DNA from: a virus
Taxonomy: Duplodnaviria > Heunggongvirae > Uroviricota > Caudoviricetes
Length of the DNA stretch: 64,000 bases
Direction: 5' to 3' (one strand)
IMG/VR virus record: IMGVR_UViG_3300042519_000302
Part shown: piece after piece, positions 31,394 to 40,639 of the stretch
How positions within the stretch are numbered: the first letter of the stretch is position 1
Layout: every line of letters starts with the position of its first letter
Notes under the pieces: model-generated
Seen by the model: the letters and a program-made list of their open reading frames with translations, nothing else
Database searches by the model: none
Told to the model about the DNA's origin: nothing
Translations under genes and position numbers: made by a program

Positions 31394-32130
31394 TAACTAG
31401 TTGGTTTAGCATTAGTAGCTTGACCATCTATACCATCAAATGTCATGTCTGTTTTAATGCTAAAGTAAGTAGATAATAGTTTTTGAGATGTTAACTCTAA
31501 CACTTGTTTCTCTAAGTAACCAGGACATCCAAACTCTTTATCTAAAGGATTCATACAGTAATCTTCATTACTTACTGGAGGAGTGGGACCACATGCACAG
31601 TCTGATGGATATAATATATCATTAGGAATATCTTCTTCAAAGAATGCAGCAATTCTTACTGATTGTAAACTAGGATTATTAACATATAAATATCCACCAT
31701 TTGCTATCCAGTAGTATTGCTCTTTCTTAATGATAGGTAGCTTTAATAAATTTAAGTATCTGTTAATTGTGATCTCTTTAAATCTTCTTCCTTTACCACC
31801 CATAGCGTTGATAGAATAAACACCTTGGATAAGATATTGATAGTTTCCTTCACTGATGCGAGGAAGTTTATATTGGCTTCTTGCTACATTGCAAGGATCT
31901 ACATATTCACAGCAATCAGAGATGGGAACCTCTATCATACTTAAACAAGGAAGCGTCTGGAATACTGTATCAGTAGCCCAAAGCTTTCTAAGGTTTGTTT
32001 CCCTCTTTACCAATAAAAATGTATTGTTCTTAATCTCAGACGCAACAACCCTATCAGTGATAAGGTTATCTGTTGTTAGTAGTTTGTGCATTGCACGAAC
32101 GTCTGAAACCATTTTACGTAATGTAGCCAT
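31393..32130 (-). CDS. 245-aa protein, function unknown.
   Basis: ORF with a TAATG coupling to the upstream gene at 32130. Confidence 0.45.
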   Translation of the reverse strand: MATLRKMVSDVRAMHKLLTTDNLITDRVVASEIKNNTFLLVKRETNLRKLWATDTVFQTLPCLSMIEVPISDCCEYVDPCNVARSQYKLPRISEGNYQYLIQGVYSINAMGGKGRRFKEITINRYLNLLKLPIIKKEQYYWIANGGYLYVNNPSLQSVRIAAFFEEDIPNDILYPSDCACGPTPPVSNEDYCMNPLDKEFGCPGYLEKQVLELTSQKLLSTYFSIKTDMTFDGIDGQATNAKPTS

Positions 32131-33380
32131 TATAAATACTGTTTGAATATATTTGTTATTCCATCTTCCCCATCTATTAGGAAGCCTGTCACTTCTGCTT
32201 TGGACATAGTGTGACCATTCTTATCATCCCATAGACTCTTAGAATTAGAGAATGCTGGGATTTGATAAAACTTAATACCATTGAAATCATGACTCACTTC
32301 ATGATGTTTGTCTCCTGTGAAGATATAGAAGTTCTGATGGAAAGACCACCCTTCTCTATATTCTATTGGAAACAATGCAGCAAGCTTTGCAGGCTTAATA
32401 GCATCTCCATGATTAAACATCAATGCTGATCTACCATAGCTTATGTACTTTCTATACTTAGGAGAACAATCAAATGTTAATCTCTCTGTATTTCTAAAGT
32501 AAGTCTGTAACCAATTAACCATATGCCATCCTACAAACTCATCATGATTACCTGCTACATACACAACATTTACATTCTCAGCATATTGTAATAACATTGT
32601 AATCATCAACACCTCGTGTCCACAGATGTATTCAAAAGATGTTTGATATGTGTGAGTGTTTGTTTGAGGAGTGCCCTTTGTGGTCATTCCTGTAAACTCA
32701 CTGTTAAATTCATCAGAACCAATGATATATGTAATTTGATCTAAGTTATTTGAAAGCTGTGCTTGACTAGCAACCACCTCTATCTTATACATGATGTTAG
32801 CCAACCTATCTACAATATTGTTATTACCATCTATATCATACTTATTCAAATGGGAGTCTTGTTTGTTAATCACTAGCATACCATTTGGTTTGCCAAAATC
32901 AACCTTAGGACTCATAACTTCTTGAGACACAGGCTTATATGAATCTAAAAAGTCTACAAACGCATCTTGAAAAACTTGTTCTGTAGACTTCTTCCCTAAC
33001 CATGCTTTGACTTGCCAATGGGGTGTTTCTCCATTTCCCCAATAATTCTGTACGTACTTTGTAATCTCCCACTTATCTGTGTCAATCTTACATTTTATTA
33101 TGAGCTCATCTAAGCTCTTGATTTCATCCTTTGTATTGATGACAATCTCTCCAGTTCCCTTAACAATGTCTTCTTCAAATCTTACTATTGTTTCCTCTAA
33201 CTCAGAAATGTAGTTACCCAGTTCTGCTTCTTGTATAATACTTTCTCTAGTTCTTAACTCTTTTAATAACTCATCAACATCTGATTCTTCAATTCCAAGC
33301 TTATCAGCGTAGAATTTTTTACTCTTTTTCCAGTGCAAAATTTCTTCTAGCTGGTTTAGCAATGCTTGATTCTCAGGCAT
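32130..33380 (-). CDS. 416-aa calcineurin-like metallophosphoesterase, class-III phosphodiesterase-like. The catalytic domain is roughly nt 32243-32873.
   Basis: The motif series DSH ... DIDGN..VDR ... VAGNHDEF ... NHGD ... GDKHH is in the canonical order of metallophosphatase motifs I-V. The N-terminal ~170 aa is a coiled-coil/acidic extension. The gene is preceded by a terminator and an AT-rich promoter-like region. Confidence 0.55.
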   Translation of the reverse strand: MPENQALLNQLEEILHWKKSKKFYADKLGIEESDVDELLKELRTRESIIQEAELGNYISELEETIVRFEEDIVKGTGEIVINTKDEIKSLDELIIKCKIDTDKWEITKYVQNYWGNGETPHWQVKAWLGKKSTEQVFQDAFVDFLDSYKPVSQEVMSPKVDFGKPNGMLVINKQDSHLNKYDIDGNNNIVDRLANIMYKIEVVASQAQLSNNLDQITYIIGSDEFNSEFTGMTTKGTPQTNTHTYQTSFEYICGHEVLMITMLLQYAENVNVVYVAGNHDEFVGWHMVNWLQTYFRNTERLTFDCSPKYRKYISYGRSALMFNHGDAIKPAKLAALFPIEYREGWSFHQNFYIFTGDKHHEVSHDFNGIKFYQIPAFSNSKSLWDDKNGHTMSKAEVTGFLIDGEDGITNIFKQYL

Positions 33381-33490
33381 ATATAGTTTATTTTGGTTAA
33401 AATTATTGTAAAGATAGGAACTATTTCTGAAATTCCCAAAAATAACCTAACTATTTTGGTTATATAGGATAACTTTTTTAGTTAGAGTTT

Positions 33491-33556
33491 AAACAAAAAA
33501 CCCCCAGCCTTGAAAGGCCAGGGGATATCCTGTAAACCAATAAACAGGATTTTTTG
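33491..33556 (-). terminator. Twin-hairpin intrinsic terminator, possibly bidirectional. Hairpin 1 is ccccagcc/ggccagggg at 33501-33524 and is followed on the minus strand by a U-run (complement of the A-run at 33491-33500). Hairpin 2 is atcctgt/acaggat at 33527-33550 and is followed on the plus strand by T5.
   Basis: I paired the stems by eye; hairpin 1 is 9 bp with two G-U wobbles. It sits directly downstream of the stop of the 282-aa gene and upstream of a 120-bp AT-rich gap. Confidence 0.6.
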
Positions 33557-33561
33557 GTATC

Positions 33562-34410
33562 TTAAGCAGTACAAGCTTCAGAGCATGTTGCTCTGCTTGG
33601 TGAGCCAAATAAATCTACATTATAATAAGGTCCAGCTACAGGGTTTAATATTTCATAAACATCAGTGCTTGCAGGTGGATGATAGAAGTAACCAAGGTCT
33701 AACGCATTTGTAGCTCTTCCTATGGCTGTTGTTCCTTCTGCACAGTCTTGTGTACAATCCAATCTTAGTATATTGTAATAGTAATAACTATCATTACAAG
33801 TTGCAACTAGGCTAAATGTACCAGAACCATTATCTCCACAGTCTACTATATCAGTTCTTAAACGATACGTACCTGCAGGTAGAATGTAATTTGTTAAAGT
33901 GGATGTCCATGTTCCTGGATTAGAACCTACTTGGACATAGCTAAATGTATATAATACAATTGTGTTTGCTGCGTCCATGATGTATGCTGAATAGTATCTT
34001 GTACCAGTTCCAGAGTAGTAATATCCACCAGGAGTAATAAATGCTGTATTACCTGCTGTTACTGTAAACAATGCTGATTCACCTCCAGTACATGTAGCAA
34101 GTGCATTTGTATCACCAGTTAAACAACCTAATGGATTTGATGTAGTTGATGTACTTGTTGTAGAAGAAGAAGTTGTTGTAGTGGTTATTGTTCCACTAAT
34201 AAACATATCAATAAAGTTTACACAAACTCCTTCAGATTGTGTTCTAATGATTGTAGCATTATCAGGCACACCTGTAAGGCTATATCCTGCTTCCAAAGCA
34301 GCTTTTGATATACCAGATGCTAGGGCTGTTGAAAATCCATCAGCGTCTGAATAAAGATTGAAAGGTCCTGTATCTATCCCAGCTAAAGTTAACGTTACTA
34401 ATACTGTCAT
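33562..34410 (-). CDS. 282-aa fibre-like protein with the N-terminal 'TGPF' domain (paralogue of 24363-25229), an internal poly-Thr/Ser linker, and a Cys-containing C-terminus.
   Basis: Hand alignment to the 288-aa protein. The TTTTSSSTTSTSTT linker matches the linkers in the other fibre genes. Confidence 0.5.
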   Translation of the reverse strand: MTVLVTLTLAGIDTGPFNLYSDADGFSTALASGISKAALEAGYSLTGVPDNATIIRTQSEGVCVNFIDMFISGTITTTTTSSSTTSTSTTSNPLGCLTGDTNALATCTGGESALFTVTAGNTAFITPGGYYYSGTGTRYYSAYIMDAANTIVLYTFSYVQVGSNPGTWTSTLTNYILPAGTYRLRTDIVDCGDNGSGTFSLVATCNDSYYYYNILRLDCTQDCAEGTTAIGRATNALDLGYFYHPPASTDVYEILNPVAGPYYNVDLFGSPSRATCSEACTA

Positions 34411-34428
34411 TTTATATTTGGTTTTATT

Positions 34429-36042
34429 TTAAATTTTAATCCAACTAGAGCCACCATTATTAGACCTCCACAATTCATTAGTATTATTACTATAATAATT
34501 ACATGTGCCAGCTAATATGTATTGACCATCATCTGATGCTGAAATAGTCCACCATTGCTTATTACCAGGTCCTGTCACTGCTGTCAGTGGCGTTGCAAAA
34601 CTAGCTCCACTTTGATAAATTGGATAAACAGTACTAGCACTATAATAAAGAGTATAAAATCTATTTGAGCCATCATTAAATACAGCAATACCACGATTAG
34701 GCGATGCTACAAAAGTAGAAAAACTACTACCTGAATTAGTAGAGGTATATATATCTGCACCTATTAATCCAATCACTGCACCACTTGATGTCATTGATAT
34801 TCCTCTTTTAGAAATGCCTTGTGTTCCAAAAACAACAGATGTCCAACTAGCACCATTATTAACAGATTTAGAAATTCCTGTTTGAGTGCTGATAACCATT
34901 AAAGAGCCATCTGAATTTATCTCACTAACAAAAAAACTATTTTGTTCATTTTGTTCATCTTCATCAATAGCAAGAGAAAATGATGCTCCAAAGTCATTGG
35001 ATAAATAACTTCTAGATGTTGGAGTACTAGCACTACATAATGAAGGGAAAAGACATACTATAATATGCTCTCCATCTCCTGAAATAGATACATTGCTTAT
35101 AGCTAATGGATTAGGGTAATCACAGGAAGGGATATTGCTTGTTATATCTGTAAAACTAGCACCATAATCACTAGAGAAAATAAGTTTACCATATTGTTCA
35201 CCTGCTACTACATACTCTCCAGTATCTGATATAGCAATTGAACTCCAATATCCAATTAATGTAGATTGTTGTCCTCCAACCTTTTGGAAATTAACACCAT
35301 AATCAATAGAACGATATATATATCCTTGTAAATTATCAAGAAATTGAGGTCCCGCTTTTGCTGAAGCTACCACTTGATATTGTCCTGTTGTTCTACTAAT
35401 AGCTACTGATGAAATTGGGAATTTTACATCAACAACTCCATTGTTAATTCCTCCATCTTCTACTACTACTCTAATAGCACTTGGAGCATATATATCATAA
35501 GGGAAAGATAATAATACATATTGTGGACCACTTGGAAAGAATATATCAGATTGGTCTACTATTTGATCATTTGAATATATAGTAATATGAGCATAACTAG
35601 ATGGACTACTAACTGTGCCATCTATATGTAATTCAAATCCAAATCCAGTTCCATTATCTGCATATACTTGAAAATCATAATTAATTGTAGTAATAGTAGT
35701 TACAGGATATGAAAACGCAGCAAGATTCCCATTAGTTGAACTTGTAAAATAAATACCATAAGCAGGCTCCATAGTTATTGTTCCTGTAGTATATATATCA
35801 CTTTTTACAACAAGTTGATTTGTAGTTTTATTTGCAAAAGGAGGGTACGCTGCTATAGTTGGATATGTTATAGAAAGAGGACCAAGTATATAATCTTCAA
35901 ATTCTTGTTTAGTTATTTGTTTTGTACTAACAGGAATTGGATTAGAAGGAAATGCTATTAGATAAAATGGAGGATTAACAGTTGCATCTTGTAAATTATT
36001 ACAAGACACACATTGATTATCAGCTATACTTGCAAAACTCAT
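34429..36042 (-). CDS. 537-aa tail receptor-binding protein with BNR/Asp-box (S-x-D-x-G-x-T/S-W/F) repeats. A sialidase-like beta-propeller is predicted in the C-terminal ~300 aa.
   Basis: There are at least five Asp-box-like motifs: SIDYGVNF, SSDYGASF, SNDFGASF, SVNNGASW and SNNGGSSW. Confidence 0.55.
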   Translation of the reverse strand: MSFASIADNQCVSCNNLQDATVNPPFYLIAFPSNPIPVSTKQITKQEFEDYILGPLSITYPTIAAYPPFANKTTNQLVVKSDIYTTGTITMEPAYGIYFTSSTNGNLAAFSYPVTTITTINYDFQVYADNGTGFGFELHIDGTVSSPSSYAHITIYSNDQIVDQSDIFFPSGPQYVLLSFPYDIYAPSAIRVVVEDGGINNGVVDVKFPISSVAISRTTGQYQVVASAKAGPQFLDNLQGYIYRSIDYGVNFQKVGGQQSTLIGYWSSIAISDTGEYVVAGEQYGKLIFSSDYGASFTDITSNIPSCDYPNPLAISNVSISGDGEHIIVCLFPSLCSASTPTSRSYLSNDFGASFSLAIDEDEQNEQNSFFVSEINSDGSLMVISTQTGISKSVNNGASWTSVVFGTQGISKRGISMTSSGAVIGLIGADIYTSTNSGSSFSTFVASPNRGIAVFNDGSNRFYTLYYSASTVYPIYQSGASFATPLTAVTGPGNKQWWTISASDDGQYILAGTCNYYSNNTNELWRSNNGGSSWIKI

Positions 36043-36043
36043 A

Positions 36044-38476
36044 TTATTTTAATTTAGCTTCTAGTTCAGCAATTCTTTTTTCTAAAGCTGCAATCTTTAA
36101 TGTATGCACATCCATGTAATTTACAGATAATTTTTCATTTCCTGAAACTGCATCTGGTAGTACTGATTGTACTTGTTGTGCAGAATAACCATATCTAATT
36201 GCATTACTGTCTTCATCTGTTCTTGTAAATTTAATTACATCTAGTGGCAAATCTATAGATGGGTTTGTTTCTAATACATTTTTAAATCTAATATCTGATG
36301 TTTCAAAATAACCAGCAGCATTTAAATAAATTCCACTAGAAATATAAACTCCTGTATTTGCTGTTGCACTATTAGATGTACCATTAGCTGTAAGTACAGC
36401 TTCTGCAGTGGTTGGAGATATAGAAGTAAATCCTGTTCCTGATGTACCACTAGCACCATTGGCTCCAGAGGTTCCTGAAGACCCAGGAGTACCAGTATTT
36501 CCAGATGTTCCAGAAGATCCATTTCCTCCATTCGCACCAGATGTACCTGCAGTTCCAGAAGAACCACTTGCACCACTTGTTCCACTTGTTCCACTGCTAC
36601 CATTCCCTCCGTTAGCTCCACTTGTACCACTAGAACCATTTCCTCCAGGACTACCAGTAGCACCAGATGTTCCAGAAGATCCAGAAGAACCACTAGAACC
36701 AGACGACCCACTTGTTCCTGGTGATCCAGGACCACCAGTAGCACCAGATGTTCCAGAGGAACCATTACCACCATTAGCTCCAGATGTTCCTGAAGATCCA
36801 GAAGAGCCACTAGAACCAGAACTACCAGATGATCCAGATGTACCACTAGCTCCAGATGTTCCACTTGATCCACTTGATCCACTTGATCCTGAAGAACCAC
36901 TTGTACCAGATGCTCCAGAAGTACCAGATGAACCATTTGCTCCATTAGCACCACTAGTTCCACTTGAACCAGAAGATCCAGAAGATCCAGATGAACCACT
37001 TGTTCCATTAGCTCCACTTGTTCCTGAAGATCCTGAAGATCCTGATGTTCCTGAAGAACCAACAGCACCATTAGCTCCAGCTGTTCCACTTGACCCACTA
37101 GAACCAGATGATCCACTTGATCCACTTGAACCAGAAGAAGCAGAAGTACCTGAAGATCCAGAAGATCCAGAGGAGCCTGATGATCCTGATGACCCTGAGG
37201 TACCTGAAGATCCTGAAGGACCTGTCACACTCGCTCCGCTTGTACCTGCAGTTCCAGAAGAACCATTTATACCTGCAGTTCCTGAAGTTGCATTTACACC
37301 ACTTGTACCACTTGTACCAGTACTTGTACCAGAAGTGGCAGCAGTACCTGATGTACCTGTTGATCCTGAGCTACCTGAACTTCCTGAGCTACCTGAAGAA
37401 GCAGATGTTCCAGATGTACCTGTGGTACCTGAAGTACCAGATGACCCTGAAGAACCAGATGAACCTGAAGAAGCAGACGTACCAGCTGTGCCAGAAGTAC
37501 CAGCTATTCCAGAAGTACCATTACCACCAGATGCACCAAACAGATTTACTGTCCATACAGCATAGGTTCCTGCACCTGCTGTGGTGGTGACATTAATTAC
37601 AATAGCACCTGTTCCACTATTATAAGAGGTAACAGTTCCTTGCATTGTATTACTTACATCATATACTATGATAGCTGTCTGTGCAACACTATATGCTAAC
37701 CCTGTTCCTACTGTTAAACTTTTTGATCCTGTTCCTATTAATAAAGAAGTTGTAGAACTTGTTAAATATCTATCTCCATCTTGACCTGCAGTTCCAGAAG
37801 ATGCTGATGTGCCAGATGTTCCAGATGTTCCAGCTGTACCAGTTAATCCACTAGAAGCAGAGGTACCAGAACTTGCACTTGTACCAGATGTTCCATCTTG
37901 ACCAGATGTTCCTGCTGTGGCATCTCTACCACTAGTTCCACTACTTCCATCTGTTCCAGAAGTAGCAGAAGTTCCATTTGAACCATCAGTACCTGAAGTA
38001 CCACTAGTAGCAGAAGTACCTGAAGTACCACTTGTACCACCTGTGCCACTCACACCAGCAGAACCACTAGTGCCATTTGAACCAGCTCTACCAGAAGAGC
38101 CACTAGTACCACTAGAACCACTTGATGATGTTCCAGATGTACCTGTAATTCCAGATGAACCAGAAGTACCATTTGTTCCAGAAGGACCTGTAACACCAGA
38201 AGTTGCAGATGTTCCATTGGTTCCAGATATGCCAGACGAGCCAGATATACCTGAAGTACCAGAGGTACCATTAAGACCAACAACACCATTACAAAGAGCA
38301 TCATCTATTTTTGATAGAGCACAGTCTAAGTTTTCTCCAGTTTGAATTCCTGAACAAGGAAGGTTAGGTCCATTATATATAACACGATCTGCTGTAGTTT
38401 CACAAGGGATAGAACCACAGTTTTCACTAGGTTGATAATATGCGTTATAACAAGGATCGCCAGGATTGCAAGCCAT
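36044..38476 (-). CDS. 810-aa tail fibre. It has a Cys-rich N-terminal anchor, a long collagen-like Gly-X-Y region (G-S-S/G-T-S triplets), and a C-terminal intramolecular-chaperone / peptidase S74 autoproteolytic domain (SDIRFK ... YGYSAQQV ... coiled coil).
   Basis: Gly falls at every third residue across more than 500 aa. The C-terminal ~120 aa matches the endosialidase-chaperone (S74) pattern, with the Ser-Asp ... Lys dyad context and a terminal LEKRIAELEAKLK helix. Confidence 0.85.
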   Translation of the reverse strand: MACNPGDPCYNAYYQPSENCGSIPCETTADRVIYNGPNLPCSGIQTGENLDCALSKIDDALCNGVVGLNGTSGTSGISGSSGISGTNGTSATSGVTGPSGTNGTSGSSGITGTSGTSSSGSSGTSGSSGRAGSNGTSGSAGVSGTGGTSGTSGTSATSGTSGTDGSNGTSATSGTDGSSGTSGRDATAGTSGQDGTSGTSASSGTSASSGLTGTAGTSGTSGTSASSGTAGQDGDRYLTSSTTSLLIGTGSKSLTVGTGLAYSVAQTAIIVYDVSNTMQGTVTSYNSGTGAIVINVTTTAGAGTYAVWTVNLFGASGGNGTSGIAGTSGTAGTSASSGSSGSSGSSGTSGTTGTSGTSASSGSSGSSGSSGSTGTSGTAATSGTSTGTSGTSGVNATSGTAGINGSSGTAGTSGASVTGPSGSSGTSGSSGSSGSSGSSGSSGTSASSGSSGSSGSSGSSGSSGTAGANGAVGSSGTSGSSGSSGTSGANGTSGSSGSSGSSGSSGTSGANGANGSSGTSGASGTSGSSGSSGSSGSSGTSGASGTSGSSGSSGSSGSSGSSGTSGANGGNGSSGTSGATGGPGSPGTSGSSGSSGSSGSSGTSGATGSPGGNGSSGTSGANGGNGSSGTSGTSGASGSSGTAGTSGANGGNGSSGTSGNTGTPGSSGTSGANGASGTSGTGFTSISPTTAEAVLTANGTSNSATANTGVYISSGIYLNAAGYFETSDIRFKNVLETNPSIDLPLDVIKFTRTDEDSNAIRYGYSAQQVQSVLPDAVSGNEKLSVNYMDVHTLKIAALEKRIAELEAKLK
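36556..38281 (-). repeat. Highly repetitive tandem 9/18-bp DNA units that encode the collagen-like Gly-X-Y triplets.
   Basis: Repeated units such as ccagaagaaccact and ccagatgatcc are visible. The repeat region generates long spurious ORFs in the other five frames. Confidence 0.8.
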
Positions 38477-38497
38477 TTTATTATTAGTTTAGATAAA

Positions 38498-39679
38498 TTA
38501 AGGAATATACATTATATAATACGCAGCAATAACAGGTTGGATGTTTGCGTGAGCTTGTCCACTACCTGTATTGTCAATTCCAATAGATACGTTACCAGGA
38601 GTATTAGAAGTAACTGTTATTCCAGTTGTACTAGTTGTTGTTGCATAATTTTGAGGAAGGTTTTTAGATAAACCTATACTTCCACTTGCTCCACCAAAAT
38701 CATTTGTTTTTCCACCAAAATGGAAGTGACCAGGATCATTTAATGTAACATTTGTTGTTCCTACTGCAGTGTGTGAGTGAGAAGGCAATTGTGATGTAAT
38801 AAGTGTTACACTATTTGCACCTGCTGTGGTGAATAATGCATAGTTTGGATTTCCAACAAAAGCAGGATTTACAGAAGCATCAAGGCCAATATTAATAGGA
38901 GGAACATTATCAATAGCTCCAACAGCAACACGTCCTCTTTTATCAGGAGTGGCATTAAGACCATTACATAGATACACCTTATAGAAACCAAGACTTGGAA
39001 AACCAACACCTGATCCATCAAAGTTACTCAATGGTCCATAATATTCATATGCTACAAATGGAACCATTTTTAAATATTGTTGTATGCTTCCACTTCCTGC
39101 TTGACTAGCTAAATAAGCTGCAATCAAAGCATCAAGATCTGATAGTTTAACATAGTTTGTAGCTACATCAAGTTCAAGAGCAGCAAGATCAGCTATAGTA
39201 TCACATAACCTTGTTATAATAGCTTGGACAATAGCATGCGTATCTGAGCTAGTTGTTACACCAGTCAAACAATCAATATCATAGTCAGCATTTAGTATAG
39301 TTATTTCAGCATCAATTGCATCAATCTGAGCTTGTAAATCACAAACTACTTGTACTAAAGCATTAAACAACTGTGCAGATGTCCAAGTATCTGCTTCACT
39401 TGGAGTAGGTAAATAACCATTTATAATTGCACAACGTATACTTTCTAATATAAGAATCTTATCTCCTTCTCCAGTTAAGAGAGGGACTAAGTTATTAATT
39501 ATATTATCTAATACAAGCTGAAGGTTATCTCCATATGTTATATCTAAAGGAATGCTGTCAAGACCTGTATATCTGACACATTGATCAGATACAATTTGTA
39601 CACATCCATTATAACAGGCATCACAAGGTCTTGTTGTTGTAATGGTAGAAGTTGTACTTGTAGTGGTATCTTCTGGCAT
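38498..39679 (-). CDS. 393-aa tail fibre with an N-terminal poly-Thr plus Cys-rich anchor domain, a central coiled coil, and a C-terminal phage tail-collar-type receptor-binding domain (..ALFTTAG..TSQLPSHSHT..). The anchor domain is paralogous to the N-terminus of the 810-aa fibre.
   Basis: The LPSHSH motif and surrounding context match the tail-collar pattern (...LP.H.H) of T4 gp12 and MdpB-type domains. By hand alignment, the N-terminal G(D/E)NL..(V/A)L..I(N/D)..L block is shared with 36044-38476. Confidence 0.55.
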   Translation of the reverse strand: MPEDTTTSTTSTITTTRPCDACYNGCVQIVSDQCVRYTGLDSIPLDITYGDNLQLVLDNIINNLVPLLTGEGDKILILESIRCAIINGYLPTPSEADTWTSAQLFNALVQVVCDLQAQIDAIDAEITILNADYDIDCLTGVTTSSDTHAIVQAIITRLCDTIADLAALELDVATNYVKLSDLDALIAAYLASQAGSGSIQQYLKMVPFVAYEYYGPLSNFDGSGVGFPSLGFYKVYLCNGLNATPDKRGRVAVGAIDNVPPINIGLDASVNPAFVGNPNYALFTTAGANSVTLITSQLPSHSHTAVGTTNVTLNDPGHFHFGGKTNDFGGASGSIGLSKNLPQNYATTTSTTGITVTSNTPGNVSIGIDNTGSGQAHANIQPVIAAYYIMYIP

Positions 39680-39687
39680 TTTATAAT

Positions 39688-39963
39688 TTATTTATTAATT
39701 AACACTATAACTCTACTTATAATCTGAGAATCAGTAGGAACACCACATACCATAGCATAGGTTGTGTTACAAAGTCTGTATGTTAATATTTGTTTGTAAG
39801 TTAATAGATCATCAATTACTTCTCCAGGAATATAATTATTCATAGAGAATATAATATTGTTATACTGGCGATTTGCCCAGTAAGTCAGTCTTTCATCAAT
39901 TTTTGTCAATGTAGCTGGAATACTACCATTGATTACACAATTTGTTAATCTTGGTGATAACAT
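39688..39963 (-). CDS. 91-aa protein, function unknown.
   Basis: ORF in the operon. Confidence 0.4.
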   Translation of the reverse strand: MLSPRLTNCVINGSIPATLTKIDERLTYWANRQYNNIIFSMNNYIPGEVIDDLLTYKQILTYRLCNTTYAMVCGVPTDSQIISRVIVLINK

Positions 39964-40079
39964 CTTTTATTCTATTTGTAGCAGTTTTAAGTTTGTTGTT
40001 GCATGCTGAACATAGGCCATTAATCAATTGACAGCCACATCCCACCTTCATGCCACAGCTTCTACAGTTTGCCATATTA
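39930..40079 (-). CDS. Candidate 49-aa zinc-ribbon mini-protein, MANCRSCGMKVGCGCQLINGLCSACNNK.... It is below the 60-aa cutoff of the ORF track.
   Basis: I translated the 114-bp 'gap' by hand. It has a CxxC ... CxC ... CxxC pattern and fills an otherwise non-coding hole in a densely packed operon. It overlaps the next ORF by ~34 nt in another frame. Confidence 0.35.
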
Positions 40080-40634
40080 AGGAAAATTAATTATATAGTT
40101 GTTTCCTGTACAACCACATTGGTTTGCAATAAAATAATCTAATTGTCTGTTAGCTTGCATGTATAATTTGTTGGCTGTATCAATAGCACAGTTATTAGCT
40201 GCTGCTATGGAGCCTTGAATCATAAAGTTGATACTACTTAAAACTACTTTTGCTTGGGTTCTTATAGCTGAATCACATTCCATCATGTCAAGTTTCATAA
40301 ATGCACTATCAAACTTTTCTTGTATAGCTGCTGTACGCATGATATTTTTCTCTACATAATTTACAGTAGCAGGAGCAACTGAATATCTCATGAAATATAC
40401 ACCATCAGGTAAAGGAGCTGTAGCAGGAAAAACAGTCAAACCCAATATAGTTGAGTTATAAGTATTTATTTGTTGAACATTAAAAGGAATAGCAACAGGA
40501 GAAGTGTAACCAGGTACAGTGATTTGCATAGTGGGAGCACTAACAACTGGTGGATCTGTATCATATACAGAAGTATCAGCTATTGCTAATGTCTCAGTGG
40601 TGTAAGTATTAATTACTAAAAAATCTAATGTCAT
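40077..40634 (-). CDS. 185-aa structural protein, function unknown.
   Basis: ORF in the operon. Confidence 0.45.
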   Translation of the reverse strand: MTLDFLVINTYTTETLAIADTSVYDTDPPVVSAPTMQITVPGYTSPVAIPFNVQQINTYNSTILGLTVFPATAPLPDGVYFMRYSVAPATVNYVEKNIMRTAAIQEKFDSAFMKLDMMECDSAIRTQAKVVLSSINFMIQGSIAAANNCAIDTANKLYMQANRQLDYFIANQCGCTGNNYIINFP

Positions 40635-40639
40635 GATTT

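Noticed and set aside
33510-33713. 67-aa plus-strand ORF overlapping the twin-hairpin terminator and the 3' end of the 282-aa gene.
   Set aside because: It starts inside the terminator hairpins, is antisense to a real gene, and is implausible.
36322-38345. Long ORFs in other frames across the collagen-like fibre gene. These include a 385-aa PEVPEDP-rich ORF on the plus strand and 267-, 160-, 142-, 84- and 68-aa ORFs.
   Set aside because: They are artefacts of the tandem Gly-X-Y DNA repeat. Repetitive low-complexity translations appear in every frame of such repeats, and the real gene is the minus-strand collagen/S74 fibre.
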